DNA from: Oculina patagonica
Lineage: Eukaryota
NCBI RefSeq assembly: GCF_052425735.1
Contig: NC_135759.1
Span: forward strand, 30,938,001-31,002,000
Direction: 5' to 3'
DNA: 64,000 nucleotides
The translations under genes were made by a program, and so were the position numbers. Shown here piece by piece: positions 1 to 14,203 of this stretch (its first letter is position 1; each line of letters opens with the position of its first letter). The notes beneath the pieces were generated by a model. That model did no database searches. It was not told where the DNA came from and saw only the letters and a program-made list of their open reading frames with translations.

Positions 1-3000
1 TGATTATTAATGTTCCCGCTGTGATGCTTGATGTAATTAAAATCAATCATTATCTGTTTTGTCAGAGAATTGAAAACTGCCAGACTTTAATCCTTAATTA
101 CACAAGGCGGAATCACGCAAGCGAATACCTTGTGGGTCGTAATGGGGGCTCAGCTAAGTTTACGGTCTCACGGTGAAGTCTTCCTTAAAGTCGCCAAGTT
201 TATCAACGGTAGAGGTTTGCGGGATTTATACGCGTCAAAGGAGAGCCCTTGGCGGCAGTTCATGGCTAATCAGGTGAGAATTTTGACGTGTTCCTTCATA
301 CTATCGACTGCCTCTTAAAAGTCTATATGAATGACTTTACATGGCTATATTCGCGACGTATAAGCAGTATATTTCGATTCTTGTTTAAACAGTTTGAGAG
401 TTGTTTAGAAACAGTCTCCAATCGGGTTTTATTTAATAGAACGAGCAACCGCATACGTTTTACATGACAATAAATATTGGACACGACAAGTTGTATTTTC
501 TGCTAGGGGGTTGTTGTTGCGAATAATCCGTAATCTAAATACGACTCTACAATTTACCCGAGGCTTAGAAGAAGCTTAATTAATAAAGTAGCTGCCGTAG
601 CCTATTGACACATATAAGAATCCCGCTTTTCGTGTTTTCGTGTTACGAAAGATATGCGGTTAACTTACACGCCGTATGTTGTAACCGCAGGCCGTAGGTT
701 TATTCTTTGTCGTGTCATGTAAATTGATACCAAAGCCGTTTTAGCTTGTTTTACAGAAATTGTCCCGATCTAAGAATTAATTTTCCTTTTAACAAGCCTG
801 GACTCTCTAAATTAGGAAACAATGTGCTTAACTTACTCAATTATTTTGAATTTTGCATTGCGTGTATTGAACCAAAATGGTTTTGTATATACGATCAAGT
901 ATATCAAGTATTGGTAGCCCTCTCAAGAGGCAATTTACGCCAAATGGGCACCTTTCATATTTATAAACACTTGTCAGATGTAATACGCAGTAGTAGAGAA
1001 TAACAAAGCTTGAAATTAGTTTACTGGCGATTTTCATTGAGCTTTTAAGGTTATCAGTGCTGTTTGTTTAGATACAAAGCAATCATTATAGGGAATTAGT
1101 TCCACAGTGTTGTCGCTAAAATAAGGAAAGCTTGTCACGCTAATGGCACTGGGGTATCCATTTTCCATCCATTTTTGACAGCAATTTTCTTTTGGGTGAA
1201 ATTTGAATAAAAATATGACAAACGCTTGCAGCAAACGAGGATTGTAATTTTTTAAGTGATTATTTGGCTCGAGCTAAATTAGCCATGATACTGGGCTACG
1301 AAGTCGCCTGATTACAAGGGCTAATGAACGGCTTCTTACGGACCTAACATTGCGCATGAGCAGAAACAACGCGGCTGCCACGAGGCCATCATGGCGTCGT
1401 TGCGATTCAGTGTAGACTCAAAAATATCTTAGCCATCCTTTCTTGCTTAGGAAAAAATGTTAATGTATTTAATACATCAGAAGAACAATGTTTATTTTTT
1501 AAATTTTCTTTCGAGTTTAATTTTTCAAGCAGGACGGCGTTGTAGCGGATAGGCGAGCACAGTCAAAGCTTAGTTGCGATGTGTTATGTCTTAGACGAAT
1601 TACTTCTCATCCAGAAAAATATGAAAAAACATTGCATCCCTGCTGTGTGGTCTCCTTGTCTTAATACTGCCTGCTGAGATTTTTTCGATACTGGATAAAC
1701 GGACGTGTTCCGGTGCACGTCCCAAAATGAAGCTTGGTCACGTGATTGGGAGCCAGACTCCAATTTAGCCTCACAATTTTTGCTAACATCACAAACCTGA
1801 CATTTACTGTTAAGTGGTATATTCAAGCTCTGACAATTATTTTTGCATAACTGCTTCACGAGACAACTTAAAAAGAAATTCATTAAAATGTGACGGGAAG
1901 ATTTTTTCATCTGTCAGAAAAAATTAAAAACTAGGTTTGTCTTGAGACTATCTTCACCAGTGTGTCTTGGAAGACAATTATCGTTAAGTGTTTATTCCCT
2001 GGCTTCGAAAAAAAATTGTAGTCTGTGATTAAAAGCGTTTTGAATAGGCTTCTTAATTAAAGGTAGGCCTTACTGCTATTTTATGTGGACACTAGGACAA
2101 GATGCTTGCCGGCAGTAAAATAAAACAATTGACACTTTCGTGTCATAAGAAAATCCTTCCAACTTAATAAGTTTCAGAGGCGGAGAAATCTTTATTGAAG
2201 CAGTTGTCAAGATAGAAGCAAAGTATTAACTGACACCTGACTTACATTTCAAGAATTGATCTAAACTCGCGAAAAATATATCTATGTGTTGTATGTATAT
2301 TTTATTTTTTTTATTGTTGACAAGTCTTCTTCTTCAACTGGAGAGTATTCGAGGAAGTTTCCGACCTTGAATGCGGCTGATCCCAAATAATGTCATGTTA
2401 AGAGGGGAGGTGACCGTCAAACTAGCCGATAAGAACAAACAAGGAAGCAAATTAAAAATATGATTATTTTGTATCTTTGTGATTGTTGCAACGATTTTCG
2501 TATTTCTGTCGATAGGATTAATATCTTTAAAAATTCACGACAAGCGCCCGGTGAAGTCGCGTTACGCCTTTCAACGTTGTCAGTTTGACATCCACATAGC
2601 AGAGTTTTTGCTGCCGCTGATTTAACGGTAAGGTACATGATTCTAAGCGGCTAAACACAATATTTTGCGCTGTTTGGTTTAGCTTTGTGCGTACGTGAGG
2701 TGAATGAAATTAATCTTATTTTGTTATCCAAACCTACAACATAAAGGTAAATCAATACTTGAATTGAGATAAACGGGAGATTTCTTTTTATTTTTATGCT
2801 GGAGTCAATAACAATTTTTACTCTTTGATAACCAGAAAATCACAAAGAAGAGAATCGTGTGAATAATACCAGGGTTTAGGCCTAAAGATAACGTAGAAGT
2901 TACAATAGGACACTCAGTGAAACTGAATGGATTTGTTTAGCGCAGGAAATTAAAGTTATGAAGAAATCGTCATAAGTTTTCTTAAATCAGCTTTTCAGAA

Positions 3001-3841
3001 TGCAGTCGAATAAAGCCGGAAATTTTTATGTTTTGTCTCCGTGGACATGATACAAATGTAGAGATCAAAGGCCTGAAAACGAGGCGAGTTTGTTTCTAGT
3101 CCCCTTCTCTTCCTTCTCATAAATAACAATATCGAAACAATAGCCAACGGTGATACTTCGTTCAGGGATAAAAGAAAGATATCAAATGATAGATTTTGAT
3201 TGGATTAACAGAGACGTATGTATCTCGAGAAATTTTGTTTATTTACAGTCATTTTCGAGTACCTTTCCGTTCATGTGAATAGAAAGAATTCAAAACTGCA
3301 CTCAAGCACAACAGTTTCCTTAGAAACTATCAGAACAACTTTGTGCTCAGGCATAGTCGTACGTATCATATGCATATCGGAGTCATTTTTTTCTTCAGAA
3401 GTGGAATAGTGACTTGGATGAAATGCATAAATGAAGAAGCATTTTCAAGTCGAACTTACTTAGAAATTAACATTTCTGAGTCCCCGGCGGTAGTCGAAAC
3501 CATGACCTTGCAGATTCCGTTTGCTTGTCTTCCAATCGGTAATTTCGACTTGATAACGCTTCTTCATTTGTGCATTTATTTTTTTTGCAACAATTCTTAA
3601 GTGAATGCATCTGGTTGTACCGCAGTGTTTTACAGCTTGCATCAGTTTGTCTAGAAATAACCTAAATCATGTTCAAAAATTAATATCAATCAGTGTTTTT
3701 TAGACAAGGAACACAAGCAAAATTAGGGTAAAGTACATCAGATGACTTTACCTGGAACCAAAATCAAAGCTGCTCCCAGGTTCCTCAGAATGACATTATT
3801 GCCATGCAAGTGATTGATTAGCAAGTATTGTCCTCAACTAA

Positions 3842-4640
3842 TCATGAACCGATTTTTTGCAAGAATTGTTACGTTCGGTTTTATTTGTGCTTTTCTATCT
3901 TCATGAATCAACTGGGTGTCTTACTCGTTAGTTATTTAGGTAACCTTAAAGCTCCAACACCTTTTTTTTCGCAATGAGACAGGTATATAGAACAAATGTC
4001 AAACAAACAAGACATAGTTGAGAATCCCACTGACAGGAGGCTGACCAGTTGGCCATTGTGGAGGAATTTAATTCTGGACCACCGAACACAAATCCAGGCT
4101 GTGGTGGGGAGGAGGATTTAAACCCGGCACCTCCAGATTACAAGACCAAAACCACTAGACCACAAGGCCTCTTTTTGAAACTATTCATGAATTTTTGCAA
4201 GAAGTGTTACGTTCGGTTTTGTTTGTGCTTTTCCATTTTCATGTATCAACTGGGTGTCTTATTCGTTAGTTATTTAGGTAACCTTTAGGCTGAACACCTC
4301 TTTTTGTTCTGCACGGGTTATCGCAAGGGGACAGGTATATAGATCTATATAGAACAAATGTCGAACAAACATGAACTAGTTGAGAATCCCAACACGTGGG
4401 AGGCTGACCAGTTATTTACAAAATGAAGAGGAATTTAATTCAGGACCACTTGACCAACTCGGGAGGCGCGGTGGTTTGTTGGCGTGGCTCCGTTCGTCGG
4501 GTTGGTGGGGGGGTTTTTTTTTTTGAAATTTTTCCCGGGGGCGGAGCCGGGACACAAATCCAGGCTGTGGTAGGGAGGGGGAGTTTATACCCGACACCTC
4601 CAGATTACACGACCAAAACCTCTTAACTACGCCGCCTCTT
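3842..4640. repeat. Two-unit tandem duplication (about 3842-4180 and 4185-4640), each unit ending in a minus-strand tRNA-like SINE fragment
   Basis: TTTTTGCAAG..TGTTACGTTCGGTTTT, CAACTGGGTGTCTTA, GTTGAGAATCCC, ACACAAATCCAGGCTGTGGT and CACCTCCAGATTAC each occur twice in the same order. Confidence 0.85.
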
Positions 4641-6731
4641 TCTGAAATCGTCCTTTGGGAATCCAAGTCAAGATATTGAGATGATATTTGATGGCAAACT
4701 GACTCGATCTTGGTCAGGTGATCCCATTTTGTGTAATTTTAGTGTAATTTCTTACATTTTCATAATATTGTGTTGCGGCTTGTTACAATACTGGTTGACC
4801 TTGTAATGAACAAAATAAGCCAAGCAAGTAGTGCTTGCAGGTGTTACGTGTGTGGAAAGTGACTCTCAGTGAATATCGAGTACTTCGTTGAGTTTTTGTA
4901 CGGTTCCAGGCTAAGTTGATGCTCAAAAAAGAAATCAAAAATTACTACACTGATTTAGAAGCGAACCATTAAAGAAAACTGCAGGATGCCTACCCTTGAA
5001 GGAAAATTGCTAACTGTTAGCCTCTCATTGTTTGCGCAAAGTTGTAAAATGTTGTATAGTAAAATCTGTAAAAAAAGATCTTCCATTCAGATTGGCCCTT
5101 TGAATTTTGGGTAACAAGCTATTCTTCACATCTGCTTTTGCATCCGTTTTGTAATTCGTTTTGTTCAATGTGTGTAATGTAGTTTGTGTGGGTGGACTAG
5201 CATGCATAGTTCTTTTTAGCCCTTTCTAGTCTAGTCCATTCCTGCTCTATCTCCATTCTGATTTTTATTTGTTGTATGTTTATATTTTGTGTCATGTTCT
5301 AGGTTATGTGCCAAGGTTAAATATATCGATTTCCGAATCTCAGTCTATCTACCAAACGGTTAAACATTTAACAGGAGCTTACTGGGGGATAACAGGGGGA
5401 CACCATCGGGAACGTTCTCTGATCAATAATTCAGTTCTGCATTTAGAGGGTCTTTAGACCGCATGCATCATAGTATTCATTTAAGAAATTTCTTTAGTGT
5501 CATCTTTCTGTTGTTCGCGTAGGAGGTCCGGCGTTTTGATATCTTAATGGATTAACATGAATTAGCAGTTCTGTGTAAGCTTCAGGTACAACTAATCATG
5601 TCACTGAAACACGTTACCGTTTAATGCGCCTGACCCAGTAGAAATTCATGGCTTGAGGATATTATTTATGGATGCAACATGTAGATTTTCTAACAAATAT
5701 TGAGAAGATTGTGGTCAAGGCCTTTGTGTATCATTTTTCATTAATATTTACCAATGCTTCACGACATTGGTGAGATTTCATCTGTAAGTGTTAATCGCGA
5801 AGCGTTTAAGAATGGTGTTTTTAAATAACTTTTGGATTTTTCCCCTCAATGTTGTTATCATGTTTTACATGTTTCGACTAATGACTTGATGTGTAAGATA
5901 ATAAAAAGTAGGATTCATTTACTGAATTTAATAAACATTCTCCGTATTCGATCCTTTTCTGGTTTAATTATAAGAACTATCATTACATTTGTCACAACAT
6001 TAGAAAAAGGCTCAAACTAATTTCAAAACCAAAGAAGACTGAAGTGTATTTTTGGTTTTATTAGCATATTTCATTTACCTTATCGGCTTAAAGTACCAGT
6101 TATATAAAACGCACAAGTTTTAAACATTGATGGACGTGCTTGCTTAGAAAGTGAAGCCATTTAAAATTAATGAGGTTTCTTGTTTGACAATAATATGATA
6201 AAAGAAACAATTAGCTCCTCTTAATTTCAATTGCACTTCGTCGAAAAAGGTTCAATTTTCTCCTCTCCCTGGTAAGTAGCCATTTTTCTGAAAGGTTTTT
6301 AAGAATAATTTCTTATTTGAAGCTCTGGAACTCTGTCAAAACTCAGGACAAGTTTTAATCAAGTAAAGAGACGTTGAAACTCTTTACGAGAACGTTCCGC
6401 CTACCTTTCAAACAACGTTGGTGGAATAATTGTTTCTCAATTCTCTATTGACAAAATGCAGATAAAAGTTCATTGTTAAAAAACAGAATTACGAAGTGAA
6501 TTTTGGTCGAATACTCTAGTTTGCCTCATGGAAAAATAAATTTTGGCTCAAAGTTTGTAGGGTATAAGTTACGTCTCAGTTTCGTACTTTAGGAAATACA
6601 TTTAGGATTTCATTATGGTAGGTGAACTTTACGATGAATTCGTTAGTGACAATTTAGTAACTGAGAGAAAAACCGATTTATGACATGGTAACTTTCTTAT
6701 TTTATTGTTATACAGTTCGTTGAAGCATGTA

Positions 6732-6892
6732 CAGTAGAATCCCGATTCCTCGAACCTCTCGGGGAAACGAAAATTGCTTCGAGAAATCGGGGCGAAAATT
6801 ACAGAGAAGTACAATTTTAAGAGAAACGAAAATTGCTTCGAGATATCGGAAATTTCGAGAAACCAATGGGTCGAGAAATGGGGATTTTACTG
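6732..6892. mobile_element. Short MITE
   Basis: CAGTAGAATCCC / GGGATTTTACTG termini; internal GAAACGAAAATTGCTTCGAGA direct repeat. Confidence 0.7.
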
Positions 6893-9642
6893 AATCACTT
6901 TAATGTTTTTATGCAGGCTACGAATTTTAGCAACTTTTGAGTCGTGCACTGAAGAGGTCGTGTGTTAGCGGAAATGAGAATGCGTTTGATTTGTTGACAT
7001 AGAACCAGGTTATCAGAGAACGAAGATAAACTGACTGACTTGAGTTTCATTCTCTGCATGAATCGTATACAAACTAAATAATTACACTTCTGTTTCGACT
7101 TATTCAATCATAAAAACCGTAAAAAAGACAACCCCTCTATTGCCTTAACTTTCTCACAGCCTACATCTGCTTAGATTGTAGCCACAACGGTTTTTTGTTT
7201 TGTCGCGAAGATTTATTCCAACTGAGTGTTCTCGCTAACGGATTAGAATTTTAATTATTAGGAGAGTGTAAGACCAGCCCTCTGTCATGTTTTTCGATGT
7301 TTTGGTTACAAATTCAGGTAAACATTGGGACTGTGCCATAAACCGGCTAACGAACAGAAAATCAAAATTTGTTTCAAAAGTCAGTAAAAATTATGGAAGG
7401 CTATCGCAACGAGTGTCATCCGCCTTATCTTTATCTAAATGGGGAAGAGATTTCTAAAAGGTTATTTTATTGTTTGTTTTGGGTTTGAATAACGGCAATT
7501 TTTTCACCAGAAGTTAATCGTGATTTCAGTTTGTCGATATTGACGAGCTAATTGCAACGTCCATCATATGGCGCGAGTACGTCTTCAAGTACCGTTATGC
7601 TCCGTAGAATTAGAATCAGATATCTGAACGTGTTACTAGAAATTTTATTTAACAAATTGCTATAATTGTACGCTAAATTCGGCAAACAGGCGGCGAGAAC
7701 CGCCGCAAGTGGGAAAACGAATAAAAACCCTAGGAACTGTTGTTCTGAGGTACACAGAGGTTCTCGCTAGCGACCTCTCTCTTCTTACACTTCGTACATC
7801 GGGAACACAACTTGCGTGCCGGTTTGACAAGAGATATAACCTTTGAAAACCTGTCTTGTCAACCTTTCGGGCTGAAGTATTGTTCATAGAATATTGCTTA
7901 CAAGATTAATTAGTCACACACATTCTGCTTTAAAATAAAGGATCTTAATTAAATCGCCCCAATAGAATCTTTTCACACTGAGCGTAAAAAAGCCTGTTTT
8001 CCTGGGTGTTTGAAAGAGAACGGATGGATTACGAAAATTTGACACGAAATTTTTTGCGTGAACGATTTTAATTATCATTGTATTTTCTTCCGCTTATTTT
8101 GCATATTAAGACCAATTTCATTCAAATGTAAGCTTTTTATCAAACGACACGAACAGAACGCCCTTAATTTCAAGGCTAAATAGTGAAAACTAGGTTAAAA
8201 AAGCCGACACTTACACCGGCGCGAAATCAATGATAACAAACACAGCAAAATTTAACCTGATTAAATTTGCGAAACCGAGTAATGATGTGGCCGCGGGTCG
8301 TAAAAAATATTAAAATGATAAGTTCAGATCTTGTTGCGATGTAGCAATATAATTTACCAATTCGCATTTTTCAAATTGTCAATTTAGAAGGTGTTTTGGA
8401 GACGTAAAAAACTATCAAGCCTAAAAAAGCATTTAATAATGTAATTTTGCTTGTACGGAATACTTCCTTTTCTTATTCGATGAGTTTGTAGTGATTTCTC
8501 GCTTTTGACAGCTGCATACAAAAATTGACCAATTTAGATTGGCGCTCAGTCGAAAGTGTGAAAACCGCATCCGCACTATTGGAAAGACAATAACATATAT
8601 ATCCATTGCTCTTGTAATGTATTCTGTTCCCCTGGATATCACTTGATTAAAAAGTCCTAATATTTGAGTAAAGCAATGCCAAGAGCGCCCTTTCCAAGTT
8701 CAAAACAACGCAATTTGACTGGTAAGCAAAACGAAAGTCTAATGAACATCAAAAGCAATTTTCTCAGAGGTATAAAGTAAATTTATTCCTTAAGGTATAT
8801 TGGTTACTTAACAAATAACGCAAAAAAGCTTTTCTTCGTCGTTAGCAAATCTTCTCTTTGCGGGTGATGGATAGCGCTGGCCGCAGTAGGAACTCAGTAA
8901 TTGAAAAACAACACCATCAAGCCATACCGCGCATTTGGAGATTGTTCATAAAAAAATACTAAACCGAATTATAAGAATCGTTAGGACAAGGACCTGTTTA
9001 GAATGTAAGAAACACCAAAAGAACGTCATGTTTGTGTACCATCGGTAAGTTTTGAGTTCGTCAAGACAATAAATTAATTTACCAGCCGAAAGATGTAGAT
9101 ATGAATAGTCAGAATACGGAAAATACAATATTATCTAAAAGGAATTTATTTAGCTAATTGTTAAGTCCACGCTAAAACGAAATCATTTCAGGAGCTCAGG
9201 TTAACTTTGACAGTCAAGGAAAACATGTCGAAAACAATATGCAACGATGGTGTAACCTCTTTACAATGACGTTATAAAAGCTAAGACATTTCCAAAAGCT
9301 TTTTGTTAACATTCAATTCGATAACAATTTTTTTATTTTATTTGCAGAGCCTCGGGAAAATAGATCGCGTGTGATACCAAACCAGTGAACGTACAGACTG
9401 AATTGTACTTGAGCGCAAGATGGACTTGAAGATGTTCACCGGCAGCAATCGATTATTTGGAACTAGTTGAACCAACAGCAATCGAACTCATGCAAAAATA
9501 ACTAATTTTTATTAACCACAAGGGTAAGCAATCTTCAAGATAAGAAAGAAACTCTCATTATTAAACAGTTTGCCGGGATAAGCTTCACTGACACAACAAA
9601 ACAGCCGTGACAGAAGAGCGACACTCGGATCAAGAGTCAAGC

Positions 9643-10653
9643 ATGCTTCTTAGACTGGTCATTCCACTGAGCATCCTGTCAATTATCGTCATAGTAACAA
9701 ACACGCTGGTCTGTTTGTTGGTGTACAAGGTCAAATCAATGAGAAACTACACCAATGGGTTTGTAGTTTCCCTGGCGATCTCTGACATCTTGACAGGCGT
9801 ATCTTTCCTCATTCAATACAACGCCGAACTTCATGAGTGGTCAAAAGCAGCACTTAACGTCCTGTATGCCATTGTGCTCTTCGTAGGAGCAGCAAACCTT
9901 TGTGCAGTGACTTACGACAGATATTTGGCGATTTTGTATCCATTTTCGTACACGGAGACAATATCGAAAGTTTTCAAAATCCTGGTGCCAGCAATTTGGA
10001 TTTTCTCAATAATAGTCGCTTGTATACCGCTCACTTGGGAAGGAAATACGAAACTTCTTAACACCAAGATTTACATCTGCCTCGTCCTAGCCATTTGCAT
10101 AACTCTTCCTTATATCTTAATAGTCTATGCAAATTACAAGATCTTTCGGTTGGTTAGGCAATGTGTGCGGCGCGAACGAGAACTCAGTATCTCTTCAAAC
10201 AGTATGAAAGCAGGCATGAAACACAATGGCGCAAGGAAAGTATCTTCTGAAGCCAAGGTGGCAAGAGTCTTCGCCATTGCATCCTTAATGTTTGTGTTAA
10301 GCTACTTTCCAACTTTGTTTTACACTGCGGCGGCTGCATTTGGCCATGTTGACGTTGTTCCAAACCTTTTATTGGATTTCTCACCTTTTTGTGTCGTGTT
10401 CGGATCCCTTGTCAATCCAATCTTGTATTCGTTCATGAAACCGGATTTTCGTAGAGCTCTTAAGAAAATTCTAAGTGGACAACGAGCCTACCTGAACTCA
10501 AGAAGATCTCAAAGGTCTTCAATGCCAAGTATTGGTGAGACAAACTCCACTCCCTTTGTGCCAAACAAATCCAAGAAAAAATGTCGAATGGACGACGACG
10601 ACAACGACAACGTTTTTTATGAAGGAGACGAGCCAGATGAAAGTAAAGTCTAA
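9643..10653 (+). CDS. Orphan class A (rhodopsin-like) GPCR, paralog 1, about 336 aa, intronless CDS
   Basis: Seven hydrophobic segments with TM1 N, TM2 SLAISD, TM3 DRY, TM4 W, TM6 SYFP, TM7 NPILY and helix-8 DFR. The ORF track starts at GTG 9607; the first in-frame ATG is 9643, with an in-frame TGA upstream at 9589. C-terminus ESKV. Confidence 0.95.
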   Translation: MLLRLVIPLSILSIIVIVTNTLVCLLVYKVKSMRNYTNGFVVSLAISDILTGVSFLIQYNAELHEWSKAALNVLYAIVLFVGAANLCAVTYDRYLAILYPFSYTETISKVFKILVPAIWIFSIIVACIPLTWEGNTKLLNTKIYICLVLAICITLPYILIVYANYKIFRLVRQCVRRERELSISSNSMKAGMKHNGARKVSSEAKVARVFAIASLMFVLSYFPTLFYTAAAAFGHVDVVPNLLLDFSPFCVVFGSLVNPILYSFMKPDFRRALKKILSGQRAYLNSRRSQRSSMPSIGETNSTPFVPNKSKKKCRMDDDDNDNVFYEGDEPDESKV

Positions 10654-13579
10654 CTAGGATCTTGCAAAACAATCCGCCATAGCAAGACAAGAAAAAAAAC
10701 GACTTTAAAGGCAAACAAGAACAGTATCAAGAACTAGCCAGTTTGGGGATAGAAGAAACATTATCTTCCTATCTACATAAAACAAATTAAGATTAACAAG
10801 ACAGACGAAACTGAAGAAAACCTTTCCACTGCGTCATTCAGTTATATTTTTCCAAGGAAAAAACCGCTGTGCTTTTTTACCTAACTCATGAATTGGTAAA
10901 GACAGTAATCACACATTTAGATTTTGATTACGTGACGTGCATATACATCTGTCTACAAAATCAAAGACGACTTCCCTTAAACCCTCACATACAACACTGC
11001 GAAATAGTCATTTTGAGAAAAAAATTAACAATCACAAACTACTACAAACATTTCCCACTTGATATAAGATGTTGACTTTGCACAAGATTAAAAGTATCAT
11101 TTGAATCTATTTATTAAGATGTGCAATATTCATAGTAAAGAATCATATGATATATCGTGGCATAAACACAAACGTTTGCGTCATGAAATAGCCCAAAATA
11201 ATCATCGCATTAGATGTATATATTGTATATTATTTCTACATTGTATGCAATTTCTGTATAGTATATTATTTGTGAAATAAGACTATCAGCTATAATTAAT
11301 TTATTGCCAAATGATATGTATAACAATCTGTGCGAAAAATGGCTCTCGCATTTAATTTATTTCACAGTTACTCTTCACACTAACCATGAAATACACCCCG
11401 AAAACAAAAAGACTTGTTAGTTTTTATGCATACGTATAGTATAGCGTTATTTGACCGAAACACGTCCATGGATGGTAGTAAAACCGGGTTTTAAACCTAT
11501 TTGGTTTTAGTTGCCTTGTTGTTTTTTTCTTTTTGTATGTATGTTCGTGTGTTATATCATGTTTATTTTTGCATAGCAAATATTCACTCTTTTGATCCTG
11601 AGTATACTGTGCAATCTTTTTCAGCCATTTTTAGATATTTTACAGTACTATCGACTGTTTTTGGCATTGAATGATTTCTGATCTTGTGTAATACCTATTA
11701 GTGGATAAGGATACGTTCTCTTTTGTTCGGCAAGGTTGAATTCCTTGTGGTATTCGTAAGATGACTTCTTGTTGTAGAATTACATAATAATTATTGAAAA
11801 CTCAATTTATTCAGCATCAAGAGGTCGCATGCATCAAGATAATTCCAAGCCAAAGTTATAGCTATTTAAATTTAAAGTTATTTCATTTAGTTATAAAAAA
11901 TACAATTTACGCAAAATTTCCTCCCAGCGGTAAAAATGCAGCCCTAACCTTGGGCGGAGTGAATAACACTTGCTGTGAAGCCGGAAAGATAGAGGCAAAT
12001 GTTTTGAGCCAGTAGAAAATTTTTTATTCATACCAAAGAGTTGTCAATAAGTGCCAAGAAAAGCAAGAAATAATTCTCAAAATTAAGTTCTATCGATAGG
12101 AATGAACCCCACGCGTCCGTCAAAGAAGTGTCGGCGTCAAAAGAATGACATTTTAGACACAGATTTTGAAACTTGCGTAAGTTTTGTTAACAACTGTGAG
12201 GACGTAAGGGTTTGAAAGATACGATAGTTTGTCAAAGAGACTACCGGTTTGTTTACTTACTGCATGTTGACTATTCATGAGGGTACCATAAAGTGGTTAT
12301 AAAAACTCAAGAAGAATGAAACATATGTAAATCGTGATTATTAAACTGCCAATCAAATTTAACTGTTTAAGTTAAACTAATTTCTTCAGTTAAACTTAGG
12401 GCCACATTATTATTATTTTTCACTTTAAGAAAGGAAACGTGTTGTGAGAAGTTTTTAAAATCTTTATGATTTTTTTATATGATTTATTTAGTTTGGCTTT
12501 GACGTACAAAATGTCAAACATGCTGTGTAAACATTTCCGTCAACGTACGCTCACCGCCATGCACCGTCGTCCTTGTTCCTATGTTTTTCACAAACGTCGT
12601 GATTATGTTTTCACTTCAGATAAAAAATAAAATAGCCAAATCTGGGTTTAGACATTCATAAGGAATGGGGTTACTGACGCTCACTGATAAATGTTCACCC
12701 CGAAACATCTGCCCCTAGTAGTCGTGAATTTCTTGAACGGTTAAATCATTAATCTCTATTCTCGAAATCTAGTTGCACACCACCAATCCCTTGAACTTGT
12801 GCCTTTTTGTCGGCTTTTTTGTGGAGAGATTGAAACTTTGATTCCCAGCAGTAAAGATATAATGAATAGGAAGTCTAATGCATTTTGTGAAGGCGAAAAA
12901 CAAAGCATCGGTGAAGATAGAAACACTACTGAAACAAGGTATTCTCCTGCCAATCTAAGAAATGAAGCAGAGAGTCAACCGCTTTCACATCCTATCACCA
13001 AGTTTCACTTCCTATCACCTACGCTGTTTTCCCAGCTTGTGGCTTGTGCTCAAATCATAACAAAAAAGCATAATGAAATGGGAGGGCCCGATCTTTCGAG
13101 AAAACCTCTTATTTTTAATGGTGCCCATCATGCAGGCAAAATTCCTACTTTGCAACCACTTACTATCACAGCTCTTACATTTTGTATGGAACTTATTGTT
13201 CAGCCCTTCTCGTATTGCAAATATTCAAAATTTATTGATTGGATAACTCACCGTTCTTTTTAAAAGACTAATGAGGAAAAAAAAAAATTCATTAGTTTTT
13301 TCTATCTTTGATAAGCACTTTATAGGAAAAAGCCGCCGTAAATGGTTTTAGCGATTTCCGAACACTGAATTGGGTGCGATTTTTCTCTTTCAGTAGGACT
13401 TAATATTAGTGTTTTTCTTATAGATCACTCACGAATAAAAATGTTTGAGAAAGGAGCCAGTTTTGCCATCTTTAACGTTCAACGCAGAGAAACAACAACA
13501 GAACATGAACTGAACATTCAGAGAAACATCCAACGCAGAGAAATGACTGGCCTGGATAACACCTTAGCACCTTTTAAAA

Positions 13580-13695
13580 AAGACCTATCTTTGACCGCGG
13601 TAGGATTCGAACCCACCACCTCCGCACCATTGTTTTACCGACTGAGCTACGAGGCCAGACGGAAGCAGGTCATGGGTAATTAAGGTGGTAATTCA
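13580..13695 (-). mobile_element. tRNA-derived SINE-like fragment
   Basis: Minus strand reads GTAGCTCAGTCGGTA (A box)...GGGTTCGAATCC (B box), with no intact anticodon arm. Confidence 0.55.
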
Positions 13696-14045
13696 GTACA
13701 GTTGCGAAATGCGATGTTGCGCCACGCGGCACTGATACCAAAAGTATCAGTATACTTCTTGCTGCGTGGCCCAACATTACATTTCACAATGACTGTCTGC
13801 ATCCAACAATCAATCATGCAGTATCAAGACAATACAATCGCCATATGTTATATAGTTTCCTTCGCAGTCGTTACGAGCCCAAGCAACGGCTGCGAAGGAA
13901 ACTATATAATAGAAGGTCAGCTAAGGTTGTGTCCAATATGCTTAGTTGAGTAGCTGCTTTTGTTTTAGGACAAGGGGAATTTTTGGCGTTGTTTACCTAT
14001 TGTTTCGCAAACTTATAAGTTTGCTATATAGAACACGAATATATA

Positions 14046-14083
14046 AACAACAACAACAACAACAGCAACAACGAGAACAACAA
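14046..14083 (+). repeat. (CAA)n microsatellite 3' of gene A
   Basis: Read directly from the sequence. Confidence 0.8.
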
Positions 14084-14203
14084 ATTAAGGACAGAAGCAA
14101 ATATTATTTAATATGAGACAAGCTGTTCAGGCTAATTTTTATTCCTTTTAATGACATAACTTTGTTCGTCCAACATGTATTTAGAAGACAACAGCAAGTG
14201 TGT

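Noticed and set aside
1584-1910. 108-aa Cys-containing ORF as a third member of the A/B family
   Set aside because: Its Cys spacing and motifs do not match either module and it has no clear signal peptide.
10184-10714. Antisense or alternate-frame ORFs over the GPCR and KCTD genes (also 34892, 40603, 45787-46304, 51212, 62909)
   Set aside because: Shadow frames of real coding sequence with no independent features.
12799-13263. 154-aa ORF between GPCR1 and gene A
   Set aside because: Non-ATG start, no recognisable motif, no paralog and no convincing splice framework.
13580-13660. tRNA gene (also the tRNA-like heads near 4.1, 4.6 and 61.3 kb)
   Set aside because: A and B boxes are present, but no complete cloverleaf can be built and the sequences run into SINE-type bodies.
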